DNA from: Octopus sinensis
Taxonomy: Eukaryota
Reading direction: 5' to 3'
DNA: 64,000 nt
Assembly (NCBI RefSeq): GCF_006345805.1
Contig: NC_042997.1
Span: forward strand, 53,072,001-53,136,000
The notes under the pieces are model-generated. The model did not search any database, had not been told where the DNA came from, and saw only the letters and a program-made list of their open reading frames with translations. Shown here piece by piece: positions 26,661 through 57,968 of the stretch; position 1 is the first letter of the stretch, and each line of letters starts with the position of its first letter. The position numbers and the translations under genes were made by a program.

Positions 26661-28899
26661 CCATAAGTCTTTTTTTCATTTTGTCTGCTACTGTTTCTGA
26701 ATCTCCTTGTAGATGGCTTGAGTTTTGGCAGCACTGCACCCACTGCTTTTCATGTGAACGAAAAAGGGACATTTATACCTGAGAATGGTTAACAATCCTT
26801 TTCAGGGCTATTGTGAGAACGATAACATGGCCCTTTTCAGGGCTACTTTACATTCAATTGTTACACCTCCTGAGATGCTCTTGTGGCTTCTCCAGGGCTT
26901 TTCACCCTGTTTTTACTACTTTATTTATGATCTATGGGAAAAATCACTTCTTCCTCAATGTCAATGTTTGCAACTTAATGCAAAAAATATTCAAAGAGAT
27001 GTACAACAACAAAAAAAAAGAATGGTAGAACCTATTAAAACCATTGCTGAGTATTTAATACCCAAGCAACGCTGGGTACTGCTAGTACTGAATACAATCC
27101 TTTCCTTTAGAAAATAGCAAAGTAGAAGTCCAAATAGATCATTATTGTCAAGTTGTTTCTTTAACAATAAACTACTAATGATAGTTAACTGAATCATTAC
27201 AATCATGAACAAAATGCCTGTAGTATTTAATTATGATTTTTTTAATGCTGAGTTCAAATCCTACCAAAGTCAACTTCACCTTTCATCTTTCCATGGTTGT
27301 TAAATAAGGTATCAGTCAAATACTGGGGTTTGTTGAATATTTGTATAAAACTCCTAATGTGAATGGAATTATAATAGTGAATTAAGACTATTAGATGATT
27401 GTAGAGAGCAAGCAAAATCATTAACTAAGAGCCAACAAAGAAATCTCTACATGGTCAAGTGACCTGCTAAAAATAGCAACTAAATCTCACTTAAATTACA
27501 GCTTACTATCTTAAAAAAAGAAAGGACATGTTACATAATGTAACTTTAAGTATGGAATACAAAAGAGATGGCTAGACACAGCTGGAATTATTTTGATCAT
27601 AAATCAACTTCATCAGAGCTGACCTATGCTAATGACAACAGCAATAGCACAAACAACAACAAGAACAACAACAGAATCAGCAGTAGCAGAGTATACTTTT
27701 TGAAATATAGATTAATAATTCAAAACCTATAGCTGATCAAGACATTTCGTTTTCTAGAAAAACATTCAGCCTTTTCATGTCTTAAAAACTGATTTCTATT
27801 TTTACGAAGCCAAACTTTTAATCGTGATATTTCATCTTCACTCCACCCTCTTTTAGTATCTGATCTCTTTTGATAATTTCTTTCACATCTCATTTCTCTT
27901 TACATTTCATTAATCTCTATATAAACAGAAATATATCTTTTTTTAAAAGGATGATATTAATAAATAAAAGGGTGTCTTAAAAGTGCAAGGACATTTTGCT
28001 GGAGACAAGAAGATTATTTCTTTAAAATTAATTTATTTACTGTAATAAAGGAGGACATAAAACAAGTAAGAATACAAAGGACAGTAGTTTGATAACATTC
28101 AGCTGTTTAGACAACCTACATAGAGCTAGATCTCAGCAGAAGTGTGTGTGTGTATGTGTGTATAATAAAGAAAGTGTTATAATAAAGAAACCTAAACAGT
28201 AAAGAATTAATTGAAGAAATATGATATATTAACAGGAAGAAGAATCCTTTCAATGAAATTATCATTCAAACAGTAATAATAATAACATTGCATATCATAT
28301 AACTATGAGAAATACTGAAGTCTGAAATTTTCTGTTGTTGTTCAACTCAAGGTCAGCCATATCAAAAATGGATCCAGCTGTGACAATCCTGTCTTTTGTA
28401 TAAAATCATTGCATTGTTGAATGTGTCTTTCTCTCTCTGGTAAGGGTGTGATTTGAAAGAAGTTTTGATGTTATTTGTCGCAGACGAAGTGACTGTGTAA
28501 ATGTTTCCACACTAGCTTGTATATTTTCTGTTTTTAAAATAGATATATAATACCAAAAATGAAATCTTGGGTATATATTCATTTAACATTTTATAATACA
28601 TTGGATTGTACAGGAACAATGAAAGCTTTATTTTTGAGTATAAATTCAAGAAAGGACATAATTTGAGCTCCTTTTTTGTCATCTTCTGCAGGACTCCACA
28701 GAAAGATGTGAGCTCAAATATATTTCTTACAAAAGTAAAGTGTGTGTGGGTGTAGACACAAATATGGGCAAATGGTTAAGTCACAGTAACCAAGGTATCA
28801 TAGACGGCTCAATCCAAATCTTGTAAGTGAAATTGAGTAGCTGGAAACTGTGTGGAAGATTACTGGATTTTAACTTCCATTATAGAATTTTAGTTACAT

Positions 28900-29620
28900 A
28901 GTGAAAATTCATGAAAATTCTGTGAAAATTCATGAAAATTCTGTGAAAATTCATATGCTTTGGATTTTGATGAAATTTGAACCATAGGCATTAGAAATAA
29001 ATTTTAAAATATACCCAAAATGATTCTAAAACCCTCTAATAGGGGCTTAACCCCTAAATTTTAGTCATTTTTCACGGACCAAAATTACTGAATGGATCCT
29101 TATAATATTTGGAACTTAGATTCAATGCACAAAAGTGGGTATAATGCAGTATGTTTGGTTTGAATTTGAGGGGGCTTAAAGGGGGCAGAACCCCCATGAA
29201 AATTCATAAATTTCTGATGTTGATGAAATTTCAACCATAGGTAATTGACACAAATCAAAAAGTATTCTCAAAGTTTCCATTTCTCATGAGGATTCTAAGA
29301 CCCCCAAATGGGGACCTTAATTCCCAAATTTGAGTCATTTTTTAATGATCCAAAACAAGGTCAAAAGTACTTAATGGATCTTTCTGAAATTTGGAAATTA
29401 TATTCTATGCATAAGGACAGATGTAATGCAGTATATATTTGGAAGTGAGGGAGCATAAATGAGGCCATAATCCCCATGAAAATTCATATATTTTTGCTGT
29501 TAAAGAAATTTTAACCATAGATATTAGACAAATGAAGTAATATTCCTTAAATTTCAACTTCTTAAGAGTTAGTAAGACCCCTTGATGTGGCCTTAACCCC
29601 CCACAATTTAGTCATTTTTC
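28900..29620 (+). repeat. Tandem array of ~250-280-bp units (about 2.6 copies) preceded by short gaaaattc repeats
   Basis: gaaaattcat..gaaattt.aaccatag recurs near 28945, 29197 and 29477; ttagtcatttt and aatgcagtat also recur. Confidence 0.8.
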
Positions 29621-29784
29621 CTAAGCCAAGATGAATACAATTGTATTCTTGGAAACTGTAGAGTCACCTGAGGATACAAGGTGAGCTTTATTTGGAATTC
29701 ACTGATACAACAGTGTAAGACTTTGTTTTGAGATATACTTAGATTTGTGATTTCTGCAATGTGGTGCATAAATTGGTTTCTGTA

Positions 29785-29821
<37 letters not shown>

Positions 29822-30779
29822 TCGGTGGCGGCGTCGAACATCTGTTTTCCATGCCGGCATGGGTTGGACGGTTCAACTGGGGTCTGGGAAGCCAGGATAT
29901 GTGTGAGTGTGTATGTTCTTGTCTTGACATAACATGATAGTTGTAACTGAGTGTCACTGTCATGCAAGCTGTGTCATATATTTCCAGCCTTCCTTAAAAA
30001 CATGTATGGCCATGGGGAAATATTACCTTGCTTGGAAACAGAGAAAGGTTGGTGACAGGAAGAGCATCTCTCTGTAGTAAAATTTGCTTCAATTAAATTT
30101 TGTTCAGCCTGTGTAAGCATGAAAATGTGTGTATTAAAATGATGGTGATGGTGGTGATGATCAGTAAAGATTTGAAGAGGAGTAGCATGCCCATTGCTTT
30201 TTGTCACATAAAGTACTGATTCTTAACAATCATGTTTTCATTTTACACTGCTAGAACCACCAAAGCAGATCTGTAATCAAAGATACTGTTCAAGTAAAAA
30301 GTCAGAAAAAAAAAAGATGTTAAAGATGATTTTGGGTTCTGTTACCTAAGAATCGATTAAAAGCTGTTGCAAATTACCCAAAGAAAAACTTCTGACAACT
30401 TCCATGTGTCAGATTGTTAGCTAGTTCCTCTCTCATGAATCTAATAAAAACATTGCTCTACATTGCTAGAATTATTTCTTCAAGATCTGTTGTTTGTTAT
30501 CACTAGCTTCAAGATATATTTTAACAACTTAAATCTGCCTTCCACCAATGTATGCCCCCCCCCCCAATTTTTTTGAAAATTATATTTTATGTACTTTCAG
30601 CAGTTAAATATTTAATAGAAATACTTTAGTATACTAGGTTTGCATAAAACTATTTGTATGTTAATATTTCTTACTTTTCATTGGAGTTGTAAATGTAGAA
30701 TCTAACAATCTGTTTTGCACTATTGATGTAAAAATGACTAAAATGATTGCTGTTCTGTTGCTGTATTTCGTCATTTACT

Positions 30780-30941
30780 TGGTGAGCTACTAGTCATTTG
30801 TAGTGACTTCGCCTTTCATACTTTCATGGTCAATAAATTAAGTACCAGTTACACACGGGGGTCGATGTAATTGACTTAATCCCTTTGTCTGTCCTTGTTT
30901 GTCCCCTCTGTGTTTAGCCCCTTGTGGGCAATAAAGAAATA
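30780..30941 (+). mobile_element. SINE family A, internally deleted
   Basis: gcctttcat..aaattaagtaccagttacac..gggcaataaagaaat. Confidence 0.7.
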
Positions 30942-31852
30942 AGTATTGTTTTGTGGATTAACGAGGTATTAATGTAACATTAGTTGATAACTCCAATGGG
31001 ACCAATGAGGAAGGTGTCTATATGGTCACTCTGCTTGCTAGAAACAATAGCTACATCTCCCGTAAATTACACATATGATGTAGTCCCTTTTATACAAAAA
31101 AACAGAATAATCACAGCTGGAAGATCTTTGACCATTGCTCTACTCAATCAGGGCTAACCTGGAGCTAAACAACAAATCAGCACAACCTGTGAAAACCGCC
31201 TTGCTAGTTTGGAGATTTGTACACACACACGCACACATTAACTTCCTTCCTTCTTTATTCTCTCTATCTCTTTTCGTTGTCTTTTCCTTTGGTGGACTGT
31301 TTTCATTATTGGGTGGTAGACTTAATCTATCTCCCAGTTTAATGCTAGTTCTTAATTCTTCAGTGCCTTTAACAATGTCTACTTTATTGTTAGCATTTGG
31401 ATGAAATCTCCTGTTCAAGGATAATGTATGTAGTGGAGTATCTTCCTTTATTCCTCTATTCCTCTCAGAGGTCCTGCAAAAAGCCACAGGTACTGGTTTC
31501 CTTTGCATCACTAAGCAATAAAAACATTTAAAAAAATTTTCTGACTGGCATAGTTGAGTGAATCTTTCTTTTCTTTTTCGATAGTTTTAAAGATAATAAA
31601 ACTTTTATCTACAAATGTAACTAAAATTTAATTTAAGATATTATAAATTATGACAAATAAGTATGTATATATTCCACTATTTTTTTATAGTAGTTCAAAT
31701 AAAGTAAAGCCTTGGAGGTCATACAATATGTTGAATGGTTGAATATCAAAAGTTTTAGACGGATGTTTATTTGCTCTGTCCTTGAAAGAAAACAAAAGCA
31801 AATTGATTGGGTGTGAATTGTTTTAAACTGTAACTCTGTTGTAGCCTTTGTA

Positions 31853-33014
31853 TTAGGTCATCCCATAAATAATGCAGTTTCTTCAACTGCATGAACTAAA
31901 AGTCAGAGGGGGACAGGATAAACTACTTGCATCAACTTGCTATACAAGCAGGTAGTTATTTTACCTTGTCCTTATTATTAGTGCATTTTAACAGTTATTT
32001 TTTTTTCAATTCTATAATGGAAGTTACAAAGGAGCATATTCAGCATATTTTGCTTTATGAGTTCAATAGAGGCAACAACGCAATGGAAAGTGTGAGGACA
32101 ATAAGTGTAAGCCAGTTTCAATGATGGTTCCAGAAATTCCAAGCCAGAAACTACAGCCTAGAAGACGCTGGAAGATCTGTAGAGCTCAACAAAGATGTCC
32201 TGCAAACACTGGTGGAACAAAATCTCATTGTAATTGTTGAGGAACTAGCAGAGAAGCTTGGATTTGGTCATTCAATCATCCATTGGAAAAGTCAGCAAAT
32301 TGTGCGCAGAGAGTGGATGTGTAATCTTCTTTGCTGTCATGTCTCACAAATGAATCTTTTTTGGACTGAATAGTGACTGGTGACAAGAAATGGGTTCTCT
32401 ATAAAAATGTAAAGCACTGAAGACAGTGAGTAGGGAAAGGAGAAACACCGACACCCCAGGTTAATGAAAGTCTTCACCCATGTAAGGTGTTGTTATCTCT
32501 TTGGTGGGATATGAAAGGTTTAGTTCACTTTGAACTTTTAAACTCAAACCAAATGATAACAGTATAAGATAAATGATAAGTCAGTATTAGAAGAAAAATG
32601 ACCATCTTTGGTTTCAGGACAAAAGGTGTTCTTCCATCAGGATAATGCTTGGCCACATACAGTAAGGATGACATTCCAAAGGCTGGAGCAGTTTGAATGG
32701 GAAATGATGCCCCCACCCACCATATTTGATGGATATTGCCCCATCTGATTATCATATATTCCATAGTCTTCAAAATCATTTGAATGGAAAAAATATGAAT
32801 TCTGTAGATGAAGTCAGAACAGTATTGGAAGAGTATTTTTCATGATGGACAGGTAAATTTTGGAAGAGGGGCCTTGTAAGTCTACCAGATAGGTGGAAGA
32901 GCATTACGGAAAATGAAGTAGAGTATATTTTAGATTAAAAAAGAACTTTGTTTATTTTAATTTTGAAAAATGAAAGAAGTATTTAAAAACTGCTTTATTT
33001 ATGGGATGACCCAA
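31853..33014 (+). mobile_element. Mariner (D,D34D-type) element with both TIRs, non-functional
   Basis: TA TSDs; 28-bp TIRs ttaggtcatcccataaataatgcagttt versus reverse complement ttgggtcatcccataaataaagcagttt; degenerate transposase MEVTKEHIQHILLYEF.., VTGDKKWVLY, HQDNAWPH, HPPY..DIAPSDYHIF. Confidence 0.92.
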
Positions 33015-33624
33015 TAGAATACCAACAACTTTAATTTTCCCCACAGATTTTGACTTCTTTGAGTAATATTAAGTTTTAAACGCCCATGTTATTAGTTTGT
33101 CAGAGTAAGTAGAGTAGTTCTACTACTCACGGGAGTTAATGCAAAAATTTTTTATTCAAAGCATCAACTGGTTGAATGAAAGTTAATGAAACAATGATTT
33201 TTGTCTTCTCTCCTCAGAAAAAAATGTCTCTATGATGATGATAACATCAGAAGTGTGATGATTATGGTAGTGGAATATGCATGGTGAAAGTAGTATGTGC
33301 AATTTATAAAGAGTTAATAAAAAGAAAAAAGTGTAAGATGGAATACACAAATGCGCACAATTCAATAACAAGTATTTAGAGGTTTAAATTTGCACTAAGA
33401 ATAAAGAAACAAAAAATTCCTTATACTGGTACAAGGACATAATTTGTAGGAGACAGGTGTATTTGGATGGACTGGTGCCACTATATATCTGGCATTTACG
33501 TTATTATTTATGGACAGATAAAAAATCAAGGCATTTAAAACAAGGTCAAAACTTGCAACATAAAAGGACAAAACTAAATACGGTCAGGTTTTTAGTCCAG
33601 CATTCTGCTAATAATACTTTTAAA

Positions 33625-33830
33625 ATTTTGGCATAAGGCCAGCAATTTTGGGGGAGGGCTAAGTCAATTATATTGCCCCCATTACTCAATTGGTACTTAT
33701 TTTAACAGCTCCGAAGGGGTGAAAGGCAAAGTCAATGTTGACAGAATTTGAACTCAGAATGTAAAGATGGATGAAACATTACTAAGCATTTTGCCTGGTG
33801 TTCTAAGACTTCTGCCAGTTTGCTGCCTTG
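33625..33830 (-). mobile_element. SINE family A with degenerate TSD
   Basis: Reverse complement of the family-A consensus; flanks cattctgctaat (33601) and cactctgctaat (33831). Confidence 0.75.
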
Positions 33831-34779
33831 CACTCTGCTAATGACAACAACATTCAGCACCAAGGTAGGGCAAAGATGATTTAGAGAAAAAATTACTCAG
33901 AGACATGATCTGCATGAATAACAATAGTCAAGTTAGTGTTATATTTAATGTAGTGAGCATTAAAAATCCAATTAGAAATACTTATGAGGACAAAGAAAAA
34001 ATGGCAATATTAGTTAATTACTAGCATTATGATTATTATAAAAGGTGGTATTTATAGTCTTTACAGTGAATCCCTAACTGATGTGTTTATTGTTGTTGTC
34101 TAGCTCCATGTTAACTGTGACTGAGAACACTTGTGATCAGTAATAATGGGTAATGTAAAAGAATACATTATCAAATGTGTCCTTACTTTGTAAGATACTT
34201 AGGTGTGATTTGAGAGTGATTTGACTTCTACTTCTAGCCAGCTGAACAACTGTACTGGCTTCCTTGTTAATTCATGAGATAGGTGAGGTTGATCAGGTTG
34301 ATGTTCAACTTGAACTTCTGTAGATCAGCATCAGTTAAGAAAACATAGGAAGAGTGAAAGTTCCAGGGAATTATAGCACTGAATATTTCTGAGGTTTGGA
34401 AAGTGAGACAGTAAAAAAGAAAAGAGGAAGAGGTGTTTGCATTAAAAATATTTTGGATTGCACAGCATGCAGGGTTTGAATAAGTAGGAGTTATTACAGA
34501 AGCAGTAGAAAAGACAAGAGTAAAGGTATGACATATCTGTAATGATTTGCTTTTTATGGGGATACAGCTTTCAAATGGCTGTGTGGGAGAGAGAGAGAGA
34601 GAGACAGACAGAGAGGTATTTTCTGACCTTGAAAAGAGGCCTGTCTTAAGGGAAAGTTTAGTCTACATAAATAATGAACAGACCTCAATTGTAACCTCTG
34701 TTTTAGTTTGATAATAACTGTTGTGTTAGATTAGAGACTGTTCATCCTCCTCATCATCAAATGATAAATTGAATATGTA

Positions 34780-35194
34780 GGCGTAGGAATAGCTGTGTGG
34801 TAAGTAGCTTGCTTACCAACCACATGGTTTCGGGTTCAGTCTTACTGCATGGCACCTTGGACAAGTGTCTTCTACTATAGCCTCAGGCCGACCAAAGCCT
34901 TGTGAGTGGATTTGGTAGACGGAAACTGAAAGAAGCCCGTTGTATATATGTATATATATATATATATGTATGTACGTGTGTGTCTGTTTTTTTCACTCCA
35001 ACATCGCTTGACAACCGATGGTTGTGTTTACATCCCTGTAACTTAGCAGTTCAGCAAAAGAGACCGATAGAATAAGTACTAGGTTTACAAAGAATAAGTC
35101 CTGTGGTTGATTTGCTCAACTAAAGGCGGTGCTCCAGCATGGCCACAGTCAAATGACTGAAACAAGTAAAAGAGTAAAAGAGAGTAAAAAGAGT
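34780..35194 (+). mobile_element. tRNA-derived SINE family B, full-length, with internal (TA)/(TG) microsatellite
   Basis: gctgtgtggtaagtagc..gggttcagtc..ccttggacaagtgtctt..internal microsatellite..atgactgaaacaagtaaaagagt tail. Confidence 0.88.
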
Positions 35195-36502
35195 ATGCAA
35201 ATGAGTTTTAACATCAAATGTAGGTTTTAATTGATATACTTAGAAATACTTAAGTTTTAAGAGTCTCTAAGAATTTAATTATATAAAAGAAATGTTGTAG
35301 AAATATCTTTAAAAATAATTTTTAACAAATTATCTTGATTTTTTTTGTTTTTTCCTTAATTTATCAGCTGATGAGACTCTTAGCTAATTTAATGTTTATG
35401 AAATGATAAACAGAATAGAGGTCAGAGAGTGAGTGAGGGAGGGAGAGAAAGAATGAATGAGTGAGAGATAGATATTTACATAGACTCAGTAAAAGTGCAT
35501 CACCTATTCGGCCAAGTTTTATTAACTATTTTAATCTCTACCACTGGGTCTGCTTTGTGATTAGTAGACAAATAGATCGACATTAATCATAACTGACTTT
35601 CATCTAAATGAAGAGTTTCTTCTTTTTTTTACATTTTATGTTCATCTGCAATAAATAAAATAACAGAAGCATTTTCTGTTAATTTTTCTTTCCTTGCTTG
35701 TTAATGTATTGTCAGATAATAAAATCTAAAAATACCAAATCAACTGTTATCTAATGGAGATTCTTCCAGCTCGTAATGTTTCATTATGTATTAAGTTACT
35801 CACTGATTTTCTTGTCAAAAGCTATCTGAAGTATAGCTCTTATGTTATCAGTGATGACTGACTTGTTATTAAAGATAAGTAATGCTCTACACTGCAAGAC
35901 AGCATTCATATCAGTAATACATTAAACATATAAGTGTAGGAGATTAGATAATATATGAAAGGAATGTCTAACAAGATCATTGCTTCTATCTTAGAAAGTA
36001 TTAAAAGTTAATCTAGCTTTTATATCATCAAATTATATGCACAGAATCGTTTTGTCGAGTCAACTTGGAATATTTTTTATTGAAAAATTATGGATAATTC
36101 GATAAACTAAATAGAAAATTTGAAAAAAGATGAAAGATGTTATATTTGTATTTGTTAAAAAATGTGATTTCTGGTCAATAATAATAATAATAATAATAAT
36201 AAAAAGAAGCAGAAATTGTAAATATTCAGATGGCAAATGAACTAAGAAATGCGGTGAGTGGGGGTGCATCTAAACAGCTGAAATTATATTTAGTTTATTA
36301 AAAGAGTGAAAATTCTTATAAAGTCTAAAACATAATGTAGTGTGGGTAAGGGAGACAACTCTTAAATAAATTGCTAAAGAAGATTAATTTGCTTGTTCTT
36401 AAAGAAAAAAATTGTATCCTTTGATATTGGAATAACAATAATAGCAACAGTGAGATTATTGTATACAGTGCTCAGGTGCACTTCAGCAATTGCTGCAAAA
36501 AA

Positions 36503-36603
36503 TTTTATATTATTTATTTACCTGTGTTAATTCTGTTTTATTTTATATTATTTATTTACCTGTGTTAATTCTGTTTTATTTTATATTATTTATTAACCTG
36601 TGT
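36503..36603. repeat. ~37-bp minisatellite (about 2.6 copies)
   Basis: ttttatattatttatt(t)acctgtgttaattctgtttta repeated. Confidence 0.85.
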
Positions 36604-37079
36604 TCTTGTTTTCTCTTTCAAATGTAATTTTTTTTCTTTAAGAACAAAGCTAATTAATCTTTATTGTGAACTCTCAAAAAAGAAAATAATCTTAAGCGTT
36701 AACTTCTTCTTACTACCATTTCAACTTTATTTTTTGGTTGTTTTATACAAATTTTCAGTCAGCTGAATCCAGAAGCTGGTTTTCACTTCCTGTTTAGACA
36801 ACTTCACATGTTTCTAATGCTTTGGATAAAGACAGGCTTTGAAAATCTCACTCTGTATGCTTGTTTAAGAAACCATAAATTTAATTTCTTATGGAATCTG
36901 TTTGCAGGCTTTCATTTTCATTCAAGCTGAAATATTTTAAAAGTTGATTTACTTTATAGTGCTTAATATATTAATTCAGAATGAGAAAATTTTTAATTAA
37001 AGGAGAATCTCAGCCTTTAATATTGTGATTGACATTTTCTAATCCAGTTCATTTTTTTTTCTTCTCTTTAATTTTATAG

Positions 37080-54018
<16,939 letters not shown>

Positions 54019-54225
54019 AGGAAATTAGAGGACACTAGATAAAAATGAAGAGATAAAAATGGCAAAAATATTAAAAGACAGAAAATTGATTACTGATTGT
54101 CAATATTTGACTGATGTTTTTTTAGCGTGTTTAAGAACACACAGCTAAATTGTAACATTCTTTGACAAAATTTTACTAATATCTGACCATAATTCTGTTG
54201 TAAGGATTATTAAATTGTTTATAAA

Positions 54226-54231
54226 AATAAA
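54226..54231 (+). promoter_or_regulatory. Candidate polyadenylation signal AATAAA
   Basis: AATAAA about 210 nt after the stop codon with GT-rich sequence downstream; the AT-rich context makes chance hits likely. Confidence 0.25.
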
Positions 54232-55323
54232 CTATGTGTGTATGTATACATACATGCACACATGTGTGTATATATGATTTATACAAAAGGCTTTTAAATG
54301 AAAACTGCAAAAGTGGTATAAAATGTATTTGATCTTCAATCCTGAGTTAAATGATATTGAACCTTGAATCCTACAATTATTTTCCCAAAATATTTATAAC
54401 TAGCAGTATGAAAATTTCATAGAACTATGTGAGAAATATGTGAGTTTATTATCTGTTAGCTTTTGCAGTTTTCTTTTGAATGTTTCCTTGTGTACAAAGT
54501 AAAATATTTAGGAAGATGAATTAAAAATAAATATTTAAAAAAAAGGTTACTTCTCACTCTTGTTTAACCTAATATAGTGATCAAAATTTCAGCTTAGTTT
54601 ATTTATATTTTCATTATAGTATCTATGTAACTTATATTCTTTTCCACAAATTTAAATAAAACATTATTTTTTTCAGATTAACATTGTTATTCTTATCACC
54701 AATATTGTTGTCCTTTATATTTGTATCATCATTAGTAAAGCTAAAAATTTGTTCGTGGTTTTGGTACAAATTTGGATATTATTCATCTTAAGTTGATAAT
54801 AATTGTTACCTAATCTGTTTTAACAATTAAATGGATTAGGTTACAAAGATTCATCAACTTGATAACATTTTGTTATTTCAGATAGATTCTTTTTGGTTGG
54901 CTTCAGCAATATTGTACTCAGGGAATTTAATACTAAATGAAATTCACTTAAGATATTTAAAGTTTTCCCAGATTTGTTCTGTCTTTGGGAAATATTTTAT
55001 TTTCTCACCATTAAAAAATTTACATGAACAATATGATTTATTCTAATGTTATTTATATAGAAATGAGAACTAAATAAAATATCAAAAATGTATATTTTCA
55101 TACATAGTTGTATGTAAATATATCGATTTTGAGTGAATGTATAGATGTGTGTATGCATGTATGTATAAAGAGGCCTATTTTATGGGCTTAAATTTATATA
55201 TAAGTGCTATATAAATCAATTAAAAAGGAATATATAGAGCATGTAAATGAAAATATATAAATACAGAGTTACACATGAACATATTGGAGAGCATATTTGC
55301 TTCCAAGCATTTCTATTAAACAA

Positions 55324-55800
55324 CATCATCATCATCATCATCGTTTAACGTCCGCTTTCCATGCTGGCATGGGTTGGACGATTTGACTGAGGACTGGTGA
55401 ACCAGATGGCTGCACCAGGCTCCAATCTGATCTGGCAGAGCTGGATGACCTTCCTAGCGCCAACCACTCTGAGAGTGTAGTGGGTGCTTTTATGTGCCAC
55501 CCGCACGAAGGCCAGTCAGGCAGTACTGGCAACAGCCACGCACAAATGGTGTTTTTTTATGTGCCACCTGCATTCTGTCAAGTATGCATACTGACATTAC
55601 ACATCCAGGAGAGCATACTGGCTTCATTCCTTGTGAGCTTACGCATGTCCTCAGCAGTCACGGTCCATGTTTCACTGCCATGTAGCATGGCTGTTCGTAC
55701 ATATGCGTCATACAGTCTACCTTTTACTCTGAGCAAGAGGCCCTTTGTCACCAGCAGAAGTAAGAGCATCTGAACTTTGCCCAGGTTATTCTTATTCTAT
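55324..55800 (-). mobile_element. RTE-clade LINE fragment (RT C-terminal piece joined to 3' UTR and (GAT)n tail)
   Basis: KGRLYDAYVRTAMLHGSETW..L.RNEASML.WMC on the minus strand next to the abundant 3'-end repeat. Confidence 0.85.
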
Positions 55801-57425
55801 TAAATAAATCACAGAATGTATATTAGATTTTAAGAAATTTTTTTTCAATGCAACTAAAATAATATAGGGATGGCTGTGAAGGCACAAAGGCTGTGAAGTT
55901 AGATGCTAGATTGTTGATTATGTGACTATCAATCCAAACACAGTTACAGCCATTGTGTTATGCTTCTAGGCATAGGCACATTACTGTCCTTGGCTCAGTC
56001 TGTCTAGCTGAAAACATGTGCCATTACCACTTCATAACTGAGTTGCTAGCATTAAAAACAGCATCTAGTTGTAAAACCTTTTGTTTTAACATTTTATGGG
56101 CAAATAACCAAATTTATAAATTCATCCTACATAAACTTTAAGGGAATAGAGTAAAAGAAAAATGCAATGTACCATCACTTTATTTTATAATACTGTCTCT
56201 TTATTTTCGTCAAAGTCAATGGTTGCATTGATTTGCTACCTTTTTAGAAATTCCTTAACTATATTTATTCATTCCTAAAGGGCATTATACAAATATTTTC
56301 TCCACCAATTACTAGAGAATACAAGTAACAATAAGATATGTTGCAGTAATGAAGATATAAAACATTAATGTTGTTTTTAATTAGATGTAATACTGAACCA
56401 GTTCCCAGTGTGTGAATATTATAAAGTTTTTAATATTTCAACTCTAATTGTTTGACCTTTTACTCTTAAATTCTTTATTATGTTCAGAAATTACAAAATT
56501 TTGTTTAGTGTGCAACAAATATTTCAAATATTTTCAAGGATTTGATTACCATAATTAGTATGATTAATAAGATTGTGGGCAAATTTTCTAGCATTGCTAC
56601 AGTATGAAAATTGATTTTTGTTAATAAAACATAAATAATAATAATAAAACATTGTGTACAGTGCTCAGGTGCACTACAACTCATCTAAAGTGTATGTATA
56701 GTACATAGGGTAATGTACAAGCGTCAGGAAAAGAACAGTGCATGAGTCATGACATACACATATGTGTATGAGTATGGAAGTAAAAATATAGTATATGAAA
56801 TGATGATATTGGAATACCTGTGTTTTTTTTTAATTTTCAGTCAAGCTTTGGAAATTATTGAAAGTTTCCACATATAGTTAATTCTGATCCTATTTTATTT
56901 AATTGCAACTAATGTTTTCACACTATTCTTTAGATACAATTCTTTAAGTTGTAAATTAAGTTGAGATGAAAAAAAAAATACTGGTTTATATAAAACATTG
57001 GGAACTAAAGCTTTGTTTGTCATATTTAGTATTAATTACATGTTGTTGGTGAAACTACATTTTACTTTTCTTTTCTTCATGTATGATTTATAGAACATGC
57101 TTCCATAACAATGAAAAGCAATCTTTCTGATGTTTACACTGAAAATTATATAAACCAAAATATTAAGAAATATTCCGTGATGATATGGTTCTTGAAAGAA
57201 ACATTGGGTTATTCCCAAACTAAGAGATATACCAATTACAAACTTGTCTTGTATTTACTTGCCCTAAAAAAAATAAAAATAAATTCTTTTGTCTACATGA
57301 GTTATAAAAACTGAAGCTCAGAAAATATATCTTCAGTTTCTTTCTCTTAAGTGCATACATATGTATATCCATACTTATATTGTGTTATTAATGATATACC
57401 AGTCTGACAATCTTTTATATGACCA

Positions 57426-57462
<37 letters not shown>

Positions 57463-57749
57463 GTGTGTGTGTGTTTTATCCTTGGAAAAGAGAGTTTAGA
57501 GTAGAACAATTCTGAAACCAAATTATGTAGTGTAATCATATACAAAATTTTACACAATATTTCTGCTTAGATAATTTAGCATTTTGAGTTACATACATGA
57601 TTTCCATGTAGGTAAAAAATGTGAATGGGTCAAACATTTATCTGCAGAGACTGAAAAGATAGGTTCAAATATTTCAAAGTGTTTCATTTTGTTTATTACA
57701 TTAAAGCACTTGTCCCCATAAATACTTACTTGCTAATATTAATCTTTAA

Positions 57750-57968
57750 CCCTTTTGATACCAAACCACCTGAGATTGCCTCTTGTTGCACGAATACAAC
57801 TTCCTGTTTTAAAGTGACTTAAATTAAAACCTTTCATCAAAATTTCATGTTAATTTATATTCAAAACACCAGTTTAATAATGATAGTTATTTTACTAAAT
57901 TCTTCATTATTTTACAAAATTAACTATAACAAAGACTGGATTTCAATGGAATTATTGTAACAAGGGGG
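57750..57968. mobile_element. piggyBac-type MITE related to the 573-793 copy
   Basis: TTAA|CCCTTTTGATAC ... GTAACAAGGGGG|TTAA; shares internal sequence (ttattttactaaattctt) and length with the first copy. Confidence 0.75.

Noticed and set aside
28900-29620. CRISPR-like repeat array
   Set aside because: Eukaryotic context, long degenerate units, no unique spacers and no cas genes.
31135-31511. 89-aa and 123-aa ORFs on opposite strands
   Set aside because: No recognisable domain or splice structure; partly low-complexity.
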